A stretch of DNA of 64,000 bases from an uncultured Acidobacteriota bacterium (GCA_963836075.1 CAWIIB010000001.1:448001-512000), one strand, 5' to 3'. Positions 41,401 through 51,277 are shown, numbered from the stretch's first letter. Program-made: numbers and translations. Notes: generated by a model not told the origin, from the sequence alone.

Positions 41401-41726
41401 AGCCGCTCCGGCACCCCTCCGCCGGACGGCATGAGGTAGACGTCGCTGCCCCCGTCGTAGCTGCCGGTGAAGGCGATCCACTGGCCGTCGGGGCTGAACT
41501 TGGCGTAGCGTTCAACACCGGGATGACGGGTGATCCTGCGGGCATCACCGCCTTCCGTGGAGACCAGCCACAGGTCATCCTCGTAGGTGAAAACGATCTG
41601 GTCTCCGTGGACATCAGCATGGCGCATCAGCCGGGCATCGCCGGCCAGCACCGGCAGTGTGGCGATCAGGAGACAGGCCGCGGCCAGCACCAGGGGCATC
41701 ACTCTTCTGTTCACGATATCCTCCAC
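38406..41726 (-). CDS. Tricorn protease homolog (S41, beta-propellers + PDZ), secreted
   Basis: Signal peptide; WKRYRGG, PD40-like FSPDG/WSPD repeats, WRIQRDWFYD, GELNIGH, IDERYNGGG, GSNGE, GMRTWGG. Confidence 0.9.
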   Translation of the reverse strand: MEDIVNRRVMPLVLAAACLLIATLPVLAGDARLMRHADVHGDQIVFTYEDDLWLVSTEGGDARRITRHPGVERYAKFSPDGQWIAFTGSYDGGSDVYLMPSGGGVPERLTFHPSRDRVLGWMPGGGEVYFRSGREMAQGGERVYTVAIKDGGMPKALPVDRAGLSAVSPDGTSIAYNRISREDRTWKRYRGGMAQNIWLGSMEEMDYRPVTDWTGTDNYPMWQGDAIYFTSDREDGTLNLYRCDPSGDNVTRLTHYQDYDVKYPSIGPGAIVYQYGEALHLFDLEQGSAVQVPVNIPSDRVPLRPEYVPLDDNFGSFSLSPSGARLLLEVRGELVNLPADEKGKGLPVNLTATSASREKNGAWSPDGEWIAFISDRSGEEEIYLVSQKGGEWRQVSRGGLGFRMQPVWSPDSRYLLFSDKFMRLNLLEVESGSLSVIDQGLFDDAWERWGIQDYTWSPDSRWIAYTRMGGNLHESIWLHDLQSGKKHQVTGEMTTDWSPSFDPEGRYLYFLSNRTFAPQMGLVDQNHIYLDMARPYLLLLQDDLRSPFAPEEFLEQGNGGDEDEGEEDGDDDTDGEPEPVVIDTGDFERRTVAAEGVSAGNYFRLEALEDGFLFLDKTEREFIKYQNVSDLTGGALELRRYVIEDREAKTLLTGVRNYHLSADREKLVYRYGNRFGVIDAGEEAKEGDGRVDLDTIRLRVDRGEEFLQIFNEAWRIQRDWFYDPDMHGLNWEAMGEKYRVLLPWCGNRGDLNYLIGEMIGELNIGHTYIFGGDMGRGAPTVSVGLLGVDYAESSGKGFHRIQRIIPGTPWRSSERSPLDEPGCPIREGDYIIAVNGQPVTDSDNIYSAFLDTAGNPVRLTWNSSPTADGAKQWLVTPLRSERSIRYRQWVESRRALVDQASGGAIGYLHIPDMGERGLIEFARAFYPQVDKQAMIIDERYNGGGFVGDMIIDRLERKIWSFTVPREGGPGRNPERVGSDKLAVLINEDTGSNGEFFAEALKRKELATIIGMRTWGGTVGIEPHQGFMDGGGTTPPQFGLLGTDRTWLVEGHGVEPDLEVQNMPGDVLRGTDAQLQAAIDLLMEQIREQPAGLPDIPAYPVKKKVTE

Positions 41727-41911
41727 GTCTGTGGGGTTGCGGCCCGGGTGTGGGCCGGTTCCGAGGTTCCATGTCCAGGGGCGGCTCGATCGCGGCCGCC
41801 ATTCTGTAATCTCAACGCAGGCCGCTGCCGCTTGTTCGCTGGTAAAATTCTACCTATACTTGATGCGACGTGCCAGCCCGGAAGTTTTCCAGCATTCACC
41901 ATGAGAGATTC

Positions 41912-43903
41912 ATGCCCGGCAAGCTCCTCATCGTCAACAGTTACCATCCCAGCGCCCGCTATGTTCCCATGGGCTCCTTCGGCATCTGCGACTACCTCGC
42001 CCAACAGGGCCACCAGGGGAGAATCTTCAACTGCGCCCTCTATCCCCCGCACCAGCAATCCCCTCTTCTCCAGCAGGAGATCCACCGCTTCCAGCCACAG
42101 GCCATCGGCCTGATCATGCAGTGGAAGGAATATACCGCCAGTGCTCTGCGGCTGGCCCGGGAGCTGAAGAAACTTTTTCCCGACATACCGATCATCGCCG
42201 GCGGCATGACCGCCGGCTACTTTGCCCGGACGCTGCTGCGGCGCCACCGGTCCATCGACGGGGTGATTCGTGGTGACGCCGAGGAGCCGCTGAACCTGAT
42301 CCTGGCCGGCCGGGCCTGGACCGCTATCCCGAACCTGCTCTTTATGGACAAGGGCAGTCTTCGCTCGGGCCGGGGCGTCTACCGGGCGGACTGCGCCACG
42401 CTGGAAAGAATCTCCTTTGCCGGCCTCGACCGGATGGCGGACGCCCGGAGCTACCTCCAGGCCGTGGAACCGGTGCTGGGGTTCCCCGTCTTCATCGGCC
42501 GCGGCTGCATCCACGACTGCCAGTATTGCGGCGGAAGCCGCAAGGCCTTTGCCGAACACAGCGGCCGGCAGCGTCCGGTCTTTCGCAGCACAGCCGCCGT
42601 TCTCCGGGACCTGCGGCTGATTGCCCGCCACACCGGGACGATCTACATCGGCTTCGAGAACAGCCCCCGCTACCTGGAAAAACTGTTCCGGCTGGTAGCC
42701 GAGGACCCGGAGCTGGCCGGCACCCTCACCTGCAATTACGGCTCCTGGGGCCTGCCGGACCGCCGGCTGCTGGAACTCTACGCCCGGGCCTTCCGCACTG
42801 ATGGCAAACCAAAGCCGGTTCTGGAAATTTCCCCGGAAACCGCCATCGACCGGCACCGCCGCCTGGTGCGCGACCCGGCCCTCTATTTCAGCAACCGGCA
42901 GCTGATCAACTCTTTGGAGACGGTCCGGGAACTTTTCGGCAGCAGTGTGCGGGTGGAGCTCTACTACAGCCGCTACCACCACACCCAAAACAGCCGGGAG
43001 ACTCTGGAAGAGGAACTGGAGGGCATCCACTTCCTCCACCAGCAGCTGCGGCGGGCCGGAATGAACCACGTGGTGGTCACCAATTACCACCTGGCCACCG
43101 ACGTGGGCAGCCACAACTGGGACCGGCTGATGGACGAAGGGGATGGCGCGGACGGCCTGGACACCCTGCTGCGGGGCCTGGTCCGCATGTCGTCCCCCGG
43201 CCCCGGCCGCCCACCCCTGGACAACCTCTGTCTCTACACCCCGCAGACCCTGGACCGCCGCACGGTGGAGAGCCACGACCGGCTGGTCTCCTGGCTCGAC
43301 CTGCTGCGCAAGCAGCGTTCCGACTGCTACTTCATCGCTGCCCGGGTCCTGGGATTCCGCGGCCTGGTGAGCTGTCTGCGATCGGTGATCGAGAAACGGC
43401 GGCTCGCCGGCTGGGGCGAGGAGGTGACCCTCGCCGGTTTGTCCCACCTGTTGCACGGTCTGGCCCGGGAACTGGAGGACCAGCTTCACGGCCTGCCGCA
43501 GGAGCGGCAGGATCTGGTGCGGGACCTGGCCCTGCTCCATGCCGGACACCTGGCCGTGCTCGCCGCGTCCGGGAGCTCAGACAGCGGTGGGCTGGTCAGC
43601 CGCCCGGTGATCGAGGAGCAGAAACTGTGCGTCACCGGCTGGGACCTCTCCGCCGCCGATTTCCTCGGCCGGCTGGAGGATACCGACCAACTGCCCTCCC
43701 GGGAACCCACACTGAATGTCTACTGCGGCCGCCGGATCGCCGGTTTCCCCCAGAAGCTGGAGCCCTGGTTCCGCCTCTTTGACGGGACCCGCACCGTGAC
43801 CGAGGTGCTGCAGCAGACCGGAGCGGACGGCACCATCGACCCGGCCGAGGTCAAGCAGCTGCTGGTCTTTTTCACCCGCCACCACACCACGTTCACCTGC
43901 TGA
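41912..43903 (+). CDS. B12-binding radical SAM protein with long C-terminal extension ending in a PqqD/wHTH-like segment
   Basis: PMGSFGI, IIAGGMTAGYF, IRGDAE, GRGCIHDCQYCGG; C-terminal FRLFDGTRTVTEVL. Confidence 0.8.
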   Translation: MPGKLLIVNSYHPSARYVPMGSFGICDYLAQQGHQGRIFNCALYPPHQQSPLLQQEIHRFQPQAIGLIMQWKEYTASALRLARELKKLFPDIPIIAGGMTAGYFARTLLRRHRSIDGVIRGDAEEPLNLILAGRAWTAIPNLLFMDKGSLRSGRGVYRADCATLERISFAGLDRMADARSYLQAVEPVLGFPVFIGRGCIHDCQYCGGSRKAFAEHSGRQRPVFRSTAAVLRDLRLIARHTGTIYIGFENSPRYLEKLFRLVAEDPELAGTLTCNYGSWGLPDRRLLELYARAFRTDGKPKPVLEISPETAIDRHRRLVRDPALYFSNRQLINSLETVRELFGSSVRVELYYSRYHHTQNSRETLEEELEGIHFLHQQLRRAGMNHVVVTNYHLATDVGSHNWDRLMDEGDGADGLDTLLRGLVRMSSPGPGRPPLDNLCLYTPQTLDRRTVESHDRLVSWLDLLRKQRSDCYFIAARVLGFRGLVSCLRSVIEKRRLAGWGEEVTLAGLSHLLHGLARELEDQLHGLPQERQDLVRDLALLHAGHLAVLAASGSSDSGGLVSRPVIEEQKLCVTGWDLSAADFLGRLEDTDQLPSREPTLNVYCGRRIAGFPQKLEPWFRLFDGTRTVTEVLQQTGADGTIDPAEVKQLLVFFTRHHTTFTC

Positions 43904-43925
43904 AACAGGTGACCGTCACCACATC

Positions 43926-45164
43926 TCAACCGATCAGGTCAAAGGCGATCAGGCCGGTGAGCAGGGCAAAGTCCACCAGCTGGGCGATCTCCACCGACTC
44001 GTTGGCCACGTGGAAGGCTTCGTCATCCCCGGGTCCCCAGCCCACGGCCAGCACCCCTTCCAGGTTCAGGGTCTTGGCGTAGGTCCCCCCACCCATGCCG
44101 AACGGTTCCGGGGTGAACCCGAGGATCTCCCTGGTGTTGTCCTGGATCGCCCGCACCAGCTCGTTCTTCGGGTCGATGCCGTGGGGCTCGTTCCAGGACA
44201 GCACCACGAATTCGAAGACGCCGTCCTTGACCAGCGCCCCGCAGTCCTCCAGCTGAGCCAGCACCCCCTCGCGGGTCATCCCCGGGACGGTGCGGATGTC
44301 GAGGTAGATGGTGCAGCTGCCGGGCACGATGTTGGGGGCCGCACCGCCCTGGATCTCGCCGAGGTTCAGTGAAGGTGAACCAAGGACGTCGTGCAGTTCG
44401 TGCGCAAGCGTAAGCCGCTCGATCTCGCGCACCAGCGAGGCCATCATGAACACGGCGTTAATGCCCCGCTCCGGTGTGGACCCGTGGGCCTGGCGGCCGG
44501 TGGCGGTGATCTTGAACACCGTGCGCCCCTTCTCGGCCACGTCGATGCTCTTCATGTTCTCCCCGATGTCGGGGATCACGGCAAAGGTGGGAGCGATCAG
44601 CTTCTCCTCCATCAGGTAGCCGATGCCGTAGTCCACGCCGTCGGGGTCCTCGGCCTCCTCGTCGGCCAGGGCGGCCACCAGCAGTTCACCCTTCAGTTGC
44701 CGGTCCAGTCCCAGCTCCTTGAGGATTGCCGCCGCCACCATGGTGGCGGCCAGCGGCCCCTTGTTGTCCAGGGTGCCCCGGCCCACCAGCCGGCCGTCCT
44801 GCTCCACCGCCTCGAAGGGGTCGGTGTCCCAGCCTTCCCCGGCGGGCACGATGTCCATGTGCGCCGGCATCAGCAGTCGCCGGTCGCCCTCCCCTCGGCC
44901 CAGACGGCCGATGACATTGGGCCGGCCCTCCATCCGCGCGTGTACATCGTAGGGGATGCCCCAGCCGTCGAACTCGCGGGTGACGATCTCCGCCACACGG
45001 TATTCCTCGCCGCGAAACTCCAGCTCCGGGAAATCGGAAAGCTTCTCGGAGACCACGTTGATCGTCTTCTCGCGCACCATCTCAGTTGTCAGTTCGACGA
45101 TGCGCGCCGCCACCTGGTCCCGGTTCCTGTGGAAGTAGTCCTGCAGTGCGGCCTTGGCGTCCAT
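43926..45164 (-). CDS. M20-family metallopeptidase/deacylase (ArgE/DapE-like)
   Basis: AHMDIVP, GRGTLDNKG, ADEE, GRQAHGSTP, NIVPG, HVANE. Confidence 0.85.
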   Translation of the reverse strand: MDAKAALQDYFHRNRDQVAARIVELTTEMVREKTINVVSEKLSDFPELEFRGEEYRVAEIVTREFDGWGIPYDVHARMEGRPNVIGRLGRGEGDRRLLMPAHMDIVPAGEGWDTDPFEAVEQDGRLVGRGTLDNKGPLAATMVAAAILKELGLDRQLKGELLVAALADEEAEDPDGVDYGIGYLMEEKLIAPTFAVIPDIGENMKSIDVAEKGRTVFKITATGRQAHGSTPERGINAVFMMASLVREIERLTLAHELHDVLGSPSLNLGEIQGGAAPNIVPGSCTIYLDIRTVPGMTREGVLAQLEDCGALVKDGVFEFVVLSWNEPHGIDPKNELVRAIQDNTREILGFTPEPFGMGGGTYAKTLNLEGVLAVGWGPGDDEAFHVANESVEIAQLVDFALLTGLIAFDLIG

Positions 45165-45409
45165 GGTTCCTGTCCCCCAAAAATGCTTCCGATTAAAGTC
45201 CTGTTGATTCTCAGTCTTTCGGTCATAGTATGGCCAAGCGCCGTACAAATCAACGGCCCCTGAACGGAGCCGCTGTCAATTATTCCAACAATAGCTGTTG
45301 AAAACTTTGTTGAAAAAGGGTGCCGTGAAACCTCAAGCCGAGCCCGGTCAACAGCATCGGTCAGAGTGACCGATTTTTGCAACGCGGCCATCGACCCTCA
45401 GGCAAGGTT

Positions 45410-48400
45410 TTACGAACACCCCATGGAGTTTCCGCAGTTGAGGCACTTGTAACAGGCACCGTTGCGCACGGTGATGTGCCCGCACTGGTTGCAGAAGGGG
45501 GCATCGCCGGCCACCCGCGCCAGGTACTCGGTAAACGCGCCGCGCTTCTTCTCGCCAGTGCCCCGCTGCTGGTCCGCTGCCCTGGCGGCCCCGCGCACCC
45601 GGGCCGTCGGCGGCGAGGGCCGCTCGCCTCCGTCATCATCCACGTCTTCGTCGGGCTGGACCTGCAGGAACTCGGTGAGGCCGAGATACTCGAAGCCCAG
45701 CACCCGGAAGATATAGTCGATAACCGAAGTGGACCACTTGATGTTGGGGTGCCCGTTCACCGCCCCCTGGGGCTCGAACTTGGTGAAGGTGAAACAGTCG
45801 ACATACTCTTTCAGCGGCACGCCGTACTGCAGGCCGAGGGAGATGGCAATGGCAAAGCAGTTCATCATGCTGCGCAGGGCCGCCCCCTCCTTGTGCATGT
45901 CGAGGAAGATCTCACCCAGCGACCCGTCCTCGTACTGGCCGGTGCGCAGGTAGACCTTCTGGCCGCCCACCTGGGCCTCCTGGGTGAAGCCGCTCCGTTT
46001 CTTGGGCAACCGGTAGCGGTGCAGCGGCATGGCTTCCATGTCACCCACCGGCGAGGTGCCGTTGACGATCTCCTCGCCGGCGGCCACCCCGGCCGCCCCG
46101 CTCCCGCTGGAGGCGTTGAGCGGCTGTGAGCCCTTGCAGCCGTCGCGGTAGATGGCCAGGGCCTTGATCCCCAGCTTCCAACTATCGATGTAGATCTGCT
46201 TGATTTCTTCCTCGGTGCACTCGTGAGGCAGGTTCACCGTCTTGGAGATGGCGCCGGAGAGGAAGGGCTGGGCCGCGGCCATCATGCCGATGTGGGCCAT
46301 GGGGCTGAGCAGCCGCTCCCCGGTCTCGCCGCAGCGGCTGGCGCAGTCGAAGACCGCCAGATGCTCGTCCCGAATGTGCGGCGCCCCTTCGATGGTCAAC
46401 TGGCCGCAGATCCTGCTGTTGGCCGCCTGGATCTGCGCGTCGCTGTACCCCAGCCAGCTGAGCAGTTGAAAACCGTCAGCCAGCATATCTTCCGCCGGGA
46501 CCCCAAGTTCCTGCAGGGCCTCCTCCCCCACCACGTTCAGCGAGAAGGCCTGGCTGAGGTGGAAGACCGTGGCCAGGGCCGCTTCAACCCGGTCCACCGC
46601 CTCGCGGGAAAGACCGTGATCGAGCAGTTCAGTGTCGTTGATCGGGCCCGCGCCTCCGAGGGTCAGGGTGCCGCAGATGTGGGTGATAATGTCGTCGATC
46701 TGCGCGCTGCCGTATCCGAGGGTGGAGAGCGCCCGGGACAGTGACTGGTTGACGATCTTGAAGTGCCCGCCGCCGGCCAGTTTCTTGAACTTGACCAGGG
46801 CGAAGTCGGGTTCGATACCGGTGGTCTCACAGTCCATCAACAGGCCGATGGTGCCGGTGGGCGCCAGCACGGTGGTCTGGGAATTGCGGTAGCCGTTCTG
46901 CCCGCCCAGCTTCACCGCCCGGTCCCAGCAGGCCACCGCCGCCTGGCGCAGCTCCACCGGGCAGACCTCTTCGGGGATCCTGGCCGCCGCAGCCTGGTGC
47001 TGCCTCATCACCCGAGAGAACGGCTCTGCATTGACCGCGTATCCGTCGAAGGCCCCCTTCTCTCCGGCGATCTCCGCCGACACCTCGTAGGCCCGCCCGG
47101 TCATCAGCGAGGTCACCGCGGCGCAGATGCCCCGCCCCTCCTCGCTGTCGTACGGGACGCCGCGGCCCATCAGCATGGCCCCCAGCCCGGCAAAGCCCAG
47201 GCCCAGGGGACGGAAAACATGGCTGTTGGCAGCGATGTCACGGGTGGGATAGGAGGAGAAATCCACCAGGATCTCCTGGGCCGTGATCAACACCCGCACC
47301 GCATGCTCAAACTCGGCCACCCGGAAGGCGCCGTCCTCATCAACATACTTGAGCAGGTTGATCGAGGAGAGGTTGCAGGCGCTGTCGTCGAGAAACATGA
47401 ACTCGGAACAGGGGTTCGAGGCACGGATCGGCGCGGTGTTGGAGCAGGTGTGCCAGCGGTTGATGGTGCTGTGATACTGCAGCCCGGGATCGGCGCACTG
47501 CCAGGCGGCCCGGGAAATCTCGTCCAGCAGTTCGGAAGCCTGGAGTGTGCTGTGCACCTTGCCGTCGGTGCGGTGGCGGGTCTCCCAGGTGCCGCCGTTC
47601 AGTGCAGCCTCCATGAACTCGTCGGAGACCCGCACCGAGTTGTTGGCGTTCTGTCCGGCCACCGTGCGGTAGGCCTCGCCATTGAAGTCGGCCGGCCAGC
47701 CGGCGGCGATCAGGGCCCGGGCCTTGTCCTCCTCTTTCGATTTCCAGCGGACAAAGTCGAGGATCTCGGGATGGTCGGCATCCACGCAGACCATCTTTGC
47801 CGCCCGCCGGGTGGTGCCACCGGACTTTGTGGCTCCGGCCCCGCGGTCCAGCACTTCGAGGAAGCTCATCAGCCCCGAGGAGGTGCCGCCGCCGGAAAGA
47901 TTCTCGAAACGGCTGCGCAGGCTGGAAAAGTTCGTTCCGGTGCCTGACCCGTATTTGAATAGCCGGGCCTCGTCCTGTACCAGCTGGAAGATCGACATCA
48001 AATCGTCGTCCACCGACTGGATGAAGCAGGCCGAACAGAGCGGCCGGGCGTAGGCGTTGGATGTCTCCAGCGGTTCGGACCTGTCGAAGTCCCAGGCCCA
48101 GGTGCCGCCGCTGCCCTCGATGCCGTAGCGCTGGAAGAGACCGAGGTTGAACCAGACCGGCGAATTGAAGGCCGCTTTCTGATGGACAAGGAGGTGCGCG
48201 AGTTCAGCTTCAAAGACCTCGGCGTCCTCCGCGGTGCGAAAATAGCCGCCCAGCCACTCCCCCCCCTCGCGGAGGGTTTTGCTGACCCGGTGCACCAGTT
48301 GCCGGACACTCTTCTCGCTGCCGGTCTGCGGAACTCCGGCCTTGCGAAAATACTTGGAAACAACAACATCGGTGGCCAGCTGGGACCAGTCCACTGGAAC

Positions 48401-48616
48401 TTCCACGTCGTTCATGCGGAAGACTTCGCTGCCGTCCGGGTCGCGGATCACCGAGGACCGCTCCACGTAGGTCACTTCGTCGAGCGGGTTGATGCCGGGG
48501 CTGCTGTTCAGGCGGCTGAACGACAGGCCAACGGTCCCTGTCTCCTTCTTCTCCTCAGCGGCAGCAGTTGTTGGTTCTGTACGATTTTCGGCAACACTTT
48601 TCTTTTCCGGCCCCAT
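45410..48616 (-). CDS. nrdJ: Vitamin B12-dependent (class II) ribonucleotide reductase
   Basis: FNSPVWFN, SACFIQ, GGTTRRAAKM, SNPCSEF, APTGTIG; C-terminal TSCPD-like domain and Zn ribbon CNQCG..CYKCLNCG; GGAGG SD. Confidence 0.93.
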   Translation of the reverse strand: MGPEKKSVAENRTEPTTAAAEEKKETGTVGLSFSRLNSSPGINPLDEVTYVERSSVIRDPDGSEVFRMNDVEVPVDWSQLATDVVVSKYFRKAGVPQTGSEKSVRQLVHRVSKTLREGGEWLGGYFRTAEDAEVFEAELAHLLVHQKAAFNSPVWFNLGLFQRYGIEGSGGTWAWDFDRSEPLETSNAYARPLCSACFIQSVDDDLMSIFQLVQDEARLFKYGSGTGTNFSSLRSRFENLSGGGTSSGLMSFLEVLDRGAGATKSGGTTRRAAKMVCVDADHPEILDFVRWKSKEEDKARALIAAGWPADFNGEAYRTVAGQNANNSVRVSDEFMEAALNGGTWETRHRTDGKVHSTLQASELLDEISRAAWQCADPGLQYHSTINRWHTCSNTAPIRASNPCSEFMFLDDSACNLSSINLLKYVDEDGAFRVAEFEHAVRVLITAQEILVDFSSYPTRDIAANSHVFRPLGLGFAGLGAMLMGRGVPYDSEEGRGICAAVTSLMTGRAYEVSAEIAGEKGAFDGYAVNAEPFSRVMRQHQAAAARIPEEVCPVELRQAAVACWDRAVKLGGQNGYRNSQTTVLAPTGTIGLLMDCETTGIEPDFALVKFKKLAGGGHFKIVNQSLSRALSTLGYGSAQIDDIITHICGTLTLGGAGPINDTELLDHGLSREAVDRVEAALATVFHLSQAFSLNVVGEEALQELGVPAEDMLADGFQLLSWLGYSDAQIQAANSRICGQLTIEGAPHIRDEHLAVFDCASRCGETGERLLSPMAHIGMMAAAQPFLSGAISKTVNLPHECTEEEIKQIYIDSWKLGIKALAIYRDGCKGSQPLNASSGSGAAGVAAGEEIVNGTSPVGDMEAMPLHRYRLPKKRSGFTQEAQVGGQKVYLRTGQYEDGSLGEIFLDMHKEGAALRSMMNCFAIAISLGLQYGVPLKEYVDCFTFTKFEPQGAVNGHPNIKWSTSVIDYIFRVLGFEYLGLTEFLQVQPDEDVDDDGGERPSPPTARVRGAARAADQQRGTGEKKRGAFTEYLARVAGDAPFCNQCGHITVRNGACYKCLNCGNSMGCS

Positions 48617-48702
48617 GAGCCAACCTCCCCGGGAAGAACACTTTGCAACACCCGGCACCGTCTGGGGCGCGGATCGCTGCTCTCTTGTCATTTGTTCGAT
48701 TT

Positions 48703-48750
48703 ATACCAGATATAGTATAGGAAGAGAATCCAATACGCAAGATATAGTGC
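48703..48750 (-). promoter_or_regulatory. Tandem NrdR boxes upstream of nrdJ
   Basis: Minus strand ATACTATATCTGGTAT (48703-48718) and GCACTATATCTTGCGT (48735-48750), 32 bp apart, resembling acaCwAtATaTwGtgt. Confidence 0.8.
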
Positions 48751-48912
48751 CCAAACGAAGGGAGAGTTTCAAGATATTTTTGGACAAGATATTTATCCTT
48801 GGTATTGTCGAAACGCATCTCGCGACGAAAGCGCCCGGATGGAAACAAACCATGTCCGGACTTGTCTGCACACTGATCAAAAGAACATAATGTGGGGGAC
48901 GAAAGGAAATCG

Positions 48913-49971
48913 ATGAGCGAATCAACAAACAACATCTCCCCACCCTCCCGTGTCCAGGTAAAGCCCACATCAAGCTGCAACCTGCGCTGCCGCACCTGCA
49001 CCCTGTGGCACACCGATATCGAGAGCGGGGTCGAGACAGATTCCGGGGCTCGTCGGCTCTCCGACGCGGAACTGGGAACATTGATTGCTGATTTTGCGTC
49101 CTGGGGTGTGCAGCGTCTCGAGATTGCCGACGGTGAACCGTTTCTCCGCCAGGGCACACCGCAACTGATCAAGCAGGCCGCTTCCCTGGGCCTCAATACC
49201 ATGGCGATCAGTAACGGTACCTTGATCGACCGTGCACTGGCCGCCCGGCTGGTGCGCGACGGGCTGAACACCCTGATTGTCTCACTGGACGGCCCCCGGG
49301 AGCTGCACGACGAGATTCGCGGGGTGGAGGGCACCTTTGCAAAAATCAGCCGGGCCGTTGGCCTGATCAACGAGGAGAAGAAACGGTGCGGGAGCCCCTC
49401 ACCCACCCTGATCTTCCACACTGTGGTCAGCCGGCTCAATTTGCGCCGGCTGGACGAAGTGCTTGAGATCTCCGAAACGCTGGGAGCGGCGGCGGCCGCG
49501 TTCCGTTACCTTTCACAGGTGCCGCCCGAGGCGGTGACCCTGACCAACGAAGCACTTGGCGGAGAATACGCCTCTCCGGCCCACCACTACACCGTGGAGG
49601 AGGATCTGGGTATCCCCGCCGAGGATCTTCCGCAGTTGGGGGCGATGCTGGAGAAGCTGGTGCAGACCGGGAACCGCTGCACCGTGCAGCTGGCTCTCGA
49701 CCCGCTGCTCTTTGACCTGGCCCGTGAGAACCGACATGTACCGCGCAGTTTCCAGGGGCCGGGCTGCCCGCTGGTGGGTGACTTCCTGCAGATCTCTCCC
49801 CGGGGAGTGGTCCACCCCTGCCCCATGCTCACCGGCCGCGGCCTGGGCAGTGTCCGCAACAAAACGGTGCGTGAGATCTTCGAGGCGCCGGAGTCACAGG
49901 CCCTGATCCAGAGGATCCAGGACCTCTTCCCCCTGCCCATCTGTCCCCACTGCTGTTACCGGGAAAAGTAG
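48913..49971 (+). CDS. Radical SAM protein with SPASM/twitch domain
   Basis: CNLRCRTC, DGEPFL, SNGTL, VSLDGP..HDEIRG; C-terminal C..G.VHPC..G.....C..C. Confidence 0.85.
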   Translation: MSESTNNISPPSRVQVKPTSSCNLRCRTCTLWHTDIESGVETDSGARRLSDAELGTLIADFASWGVQRLEIADGEPFLRQGTPQLIKQAASLGLNTMAISNGTLIDRALAARLVRDGLNTLIVSLDGPRELHDEIRGVEGTFAKISRAVGLINEEKKRCGSPSPTLIFHTVVSRLNLRRLDEVLEISETLGAAAAAFRYLSQVPPEAVTLTNEALGGEYASPAHHYTVEEDLGIPAEDLPQLGAMLEKLVQTGNRCTVQLALDPLLFDLARENRHVPRSFQGPGCPLVGDFLQISPRGVVHPCPMLTGRGLGSVRNKTVREIFEAPESQALIQRIQDLFPLPICPHCCYREK

Positions 49972-51243
49972 TCAGGGCTGTTTGACCCAGCTGGTGAGAA
50001 TCCTGTGCACCCCCTCGCAGGCCCGGTCCCAGTCGTACTGCGCCACCCAGCGGATCCCCCGCTGCTGCCAGGCCTCCAGCGCCTCGGGCCGCTTTTCCCG
50101 CATCGACTGGAAATGCTCGATGGCCCTGGCGATGGCCGCATCGGTGAGTTTCTGGATCTCCCAGTCCTCGGGCCAGGCCTTGATGCGCACGGTCTCCATG
50201 CGGTGGGCGGCGTCGCCGCAGACCTCGCGGCGCACGTCGCAGCTGTCGGGGTGGGTCACCGGCGTGCCGCAGGCCATGGCCTCCACCAGAGGCAGGCCGA
50301 AGGTCTCCAGGTCACTGGGGTGGAGATAGAGGTCGGCAGCGCCGTAAAGCTGGGCCATGTTCATCTCCGGCTCCACCAGCCGGTGGCCCTCCCAGCGGCC
50401 CAGCACCTGGTGCACCCCCCGGGTCTCGTCCTCCAGCCCTCCGGTGAAGGAGACCTGGTCGGACACGCCCAGCCTGGCGGCGATGTCCGGCAGGTCGAAG
50501 CCGCCGGGGATCTCCGCGCCGTCGGGAAGCTTGAACGTCTCGCTGACCACCGGCCGGCAGTGGAAACAGCAACGGACGTTCTCCACGCCCCTCTCCTTAA
50601 GCAGGGCCAGGGCCCGCATCACCCGGTGGTGCTTCTTGTTCGGGCGGTTGCGCGAGATGTAGAGCACGCCGAAGGTCTCCCGGTCCCAGCCCAACCGCTG
50701 CCGATCCGCCTGCCGCCGCTCACCGGTGGGAGGCTGAAAGAGCTTGTGGTTCAGCCCGTGAGGCACCACGTCGCACTCCAGCCCGCTCATCTTGAGGATC
50801 GCCCGGCGGGCATACTCGGTGTAGGCGATGTTGCGGTCCACCAGGCCGAAGAGCCGCACGTCGTTGTCCGGCATCTCGTCCACCGCCGCGCCACGGTAGG
50901 CCAGCAACGGCACGTCCGGCCCCAGGGCCTCGCGGGCGATGGCGGCCCAGGTGCCCAGGGTGCGGTGTTCGTTGTTGAGCAGCACGATGTCCGGTGCACA
51001 GCGGAGCAGCTCGTCGCCCAGAACCTGTTCGCCGTAAGGCATCCGTCGGGGCATCTCCATCACCGGGAAGGGAAAAAGGTCCGGCGGGACGCTGCCCTCC
51101 TCGGCCAGGGCGCCGAAGACCCGCACCGACCAGCCCAGCCGCTGCAGGCCGGTGGTGAGGTAATATGCCACCGTGCCGAAACCGGTGGTCAGCGCCGGAT
51201 GGTCACCGATGTAGAAAACTGTTGGCAAACGCTTCCCCCCCAT
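49972..51243 (-). CDS. Glycosyltransferase family 4
   Basis: HPALTTGFG, VVPHG, RNRPNK, ETFGLPLVEAMACG; start at 51243 or 51282 (the latter lies inside a repeat element). Confidence 0.85.
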   Translation of the reverse strand: MGGKRLPTVFYIGDHPALTTGFGTVAYYLTTGLQRLGWSVRVFGALAEEGSVPPDLFPFPVMEMPRRMPYGEQVLGDELLRCAPDIVLLNNEHRTLGTWAAIAREALGPDVPLLAYRGAAVDEMPDNDVRLFGLVDRNIAYTEYARRAILKMSGLECDVVPHGLNHKLFQPPTGERRQADRQRLGWDRETFGVLYISRNRPNKKHHRVMRALALLKERGVENVRCCFHCRPVVSETFKLPDGAEIPGGFDLPDIAARLGVSDQVSFTGGLEDETRGVHQVLGRWEGHRLVEPEMNMAQLYGAADLYLHPSDLETFGLPLVEAMACGTPVTHPDSCDVRREVCGDAAHRMETVRIKAWPEDWEIQKLTDAAIARAIEHFQSMREKRPEALEAWQQRGIRWVAQYDWDRACEGVHRILTSWVKQP

Positions 51244-51277
51244 GTCATCGCAAGAAACGTCGAAGACGGCTCTCTTC

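Noticed and set aside
48620-48900. Cobalamin riboswitch upstream of nrdJ
   Set aside because: No B12-box or conserved core found; the region is explained by NrdR boxes and divergent promoters
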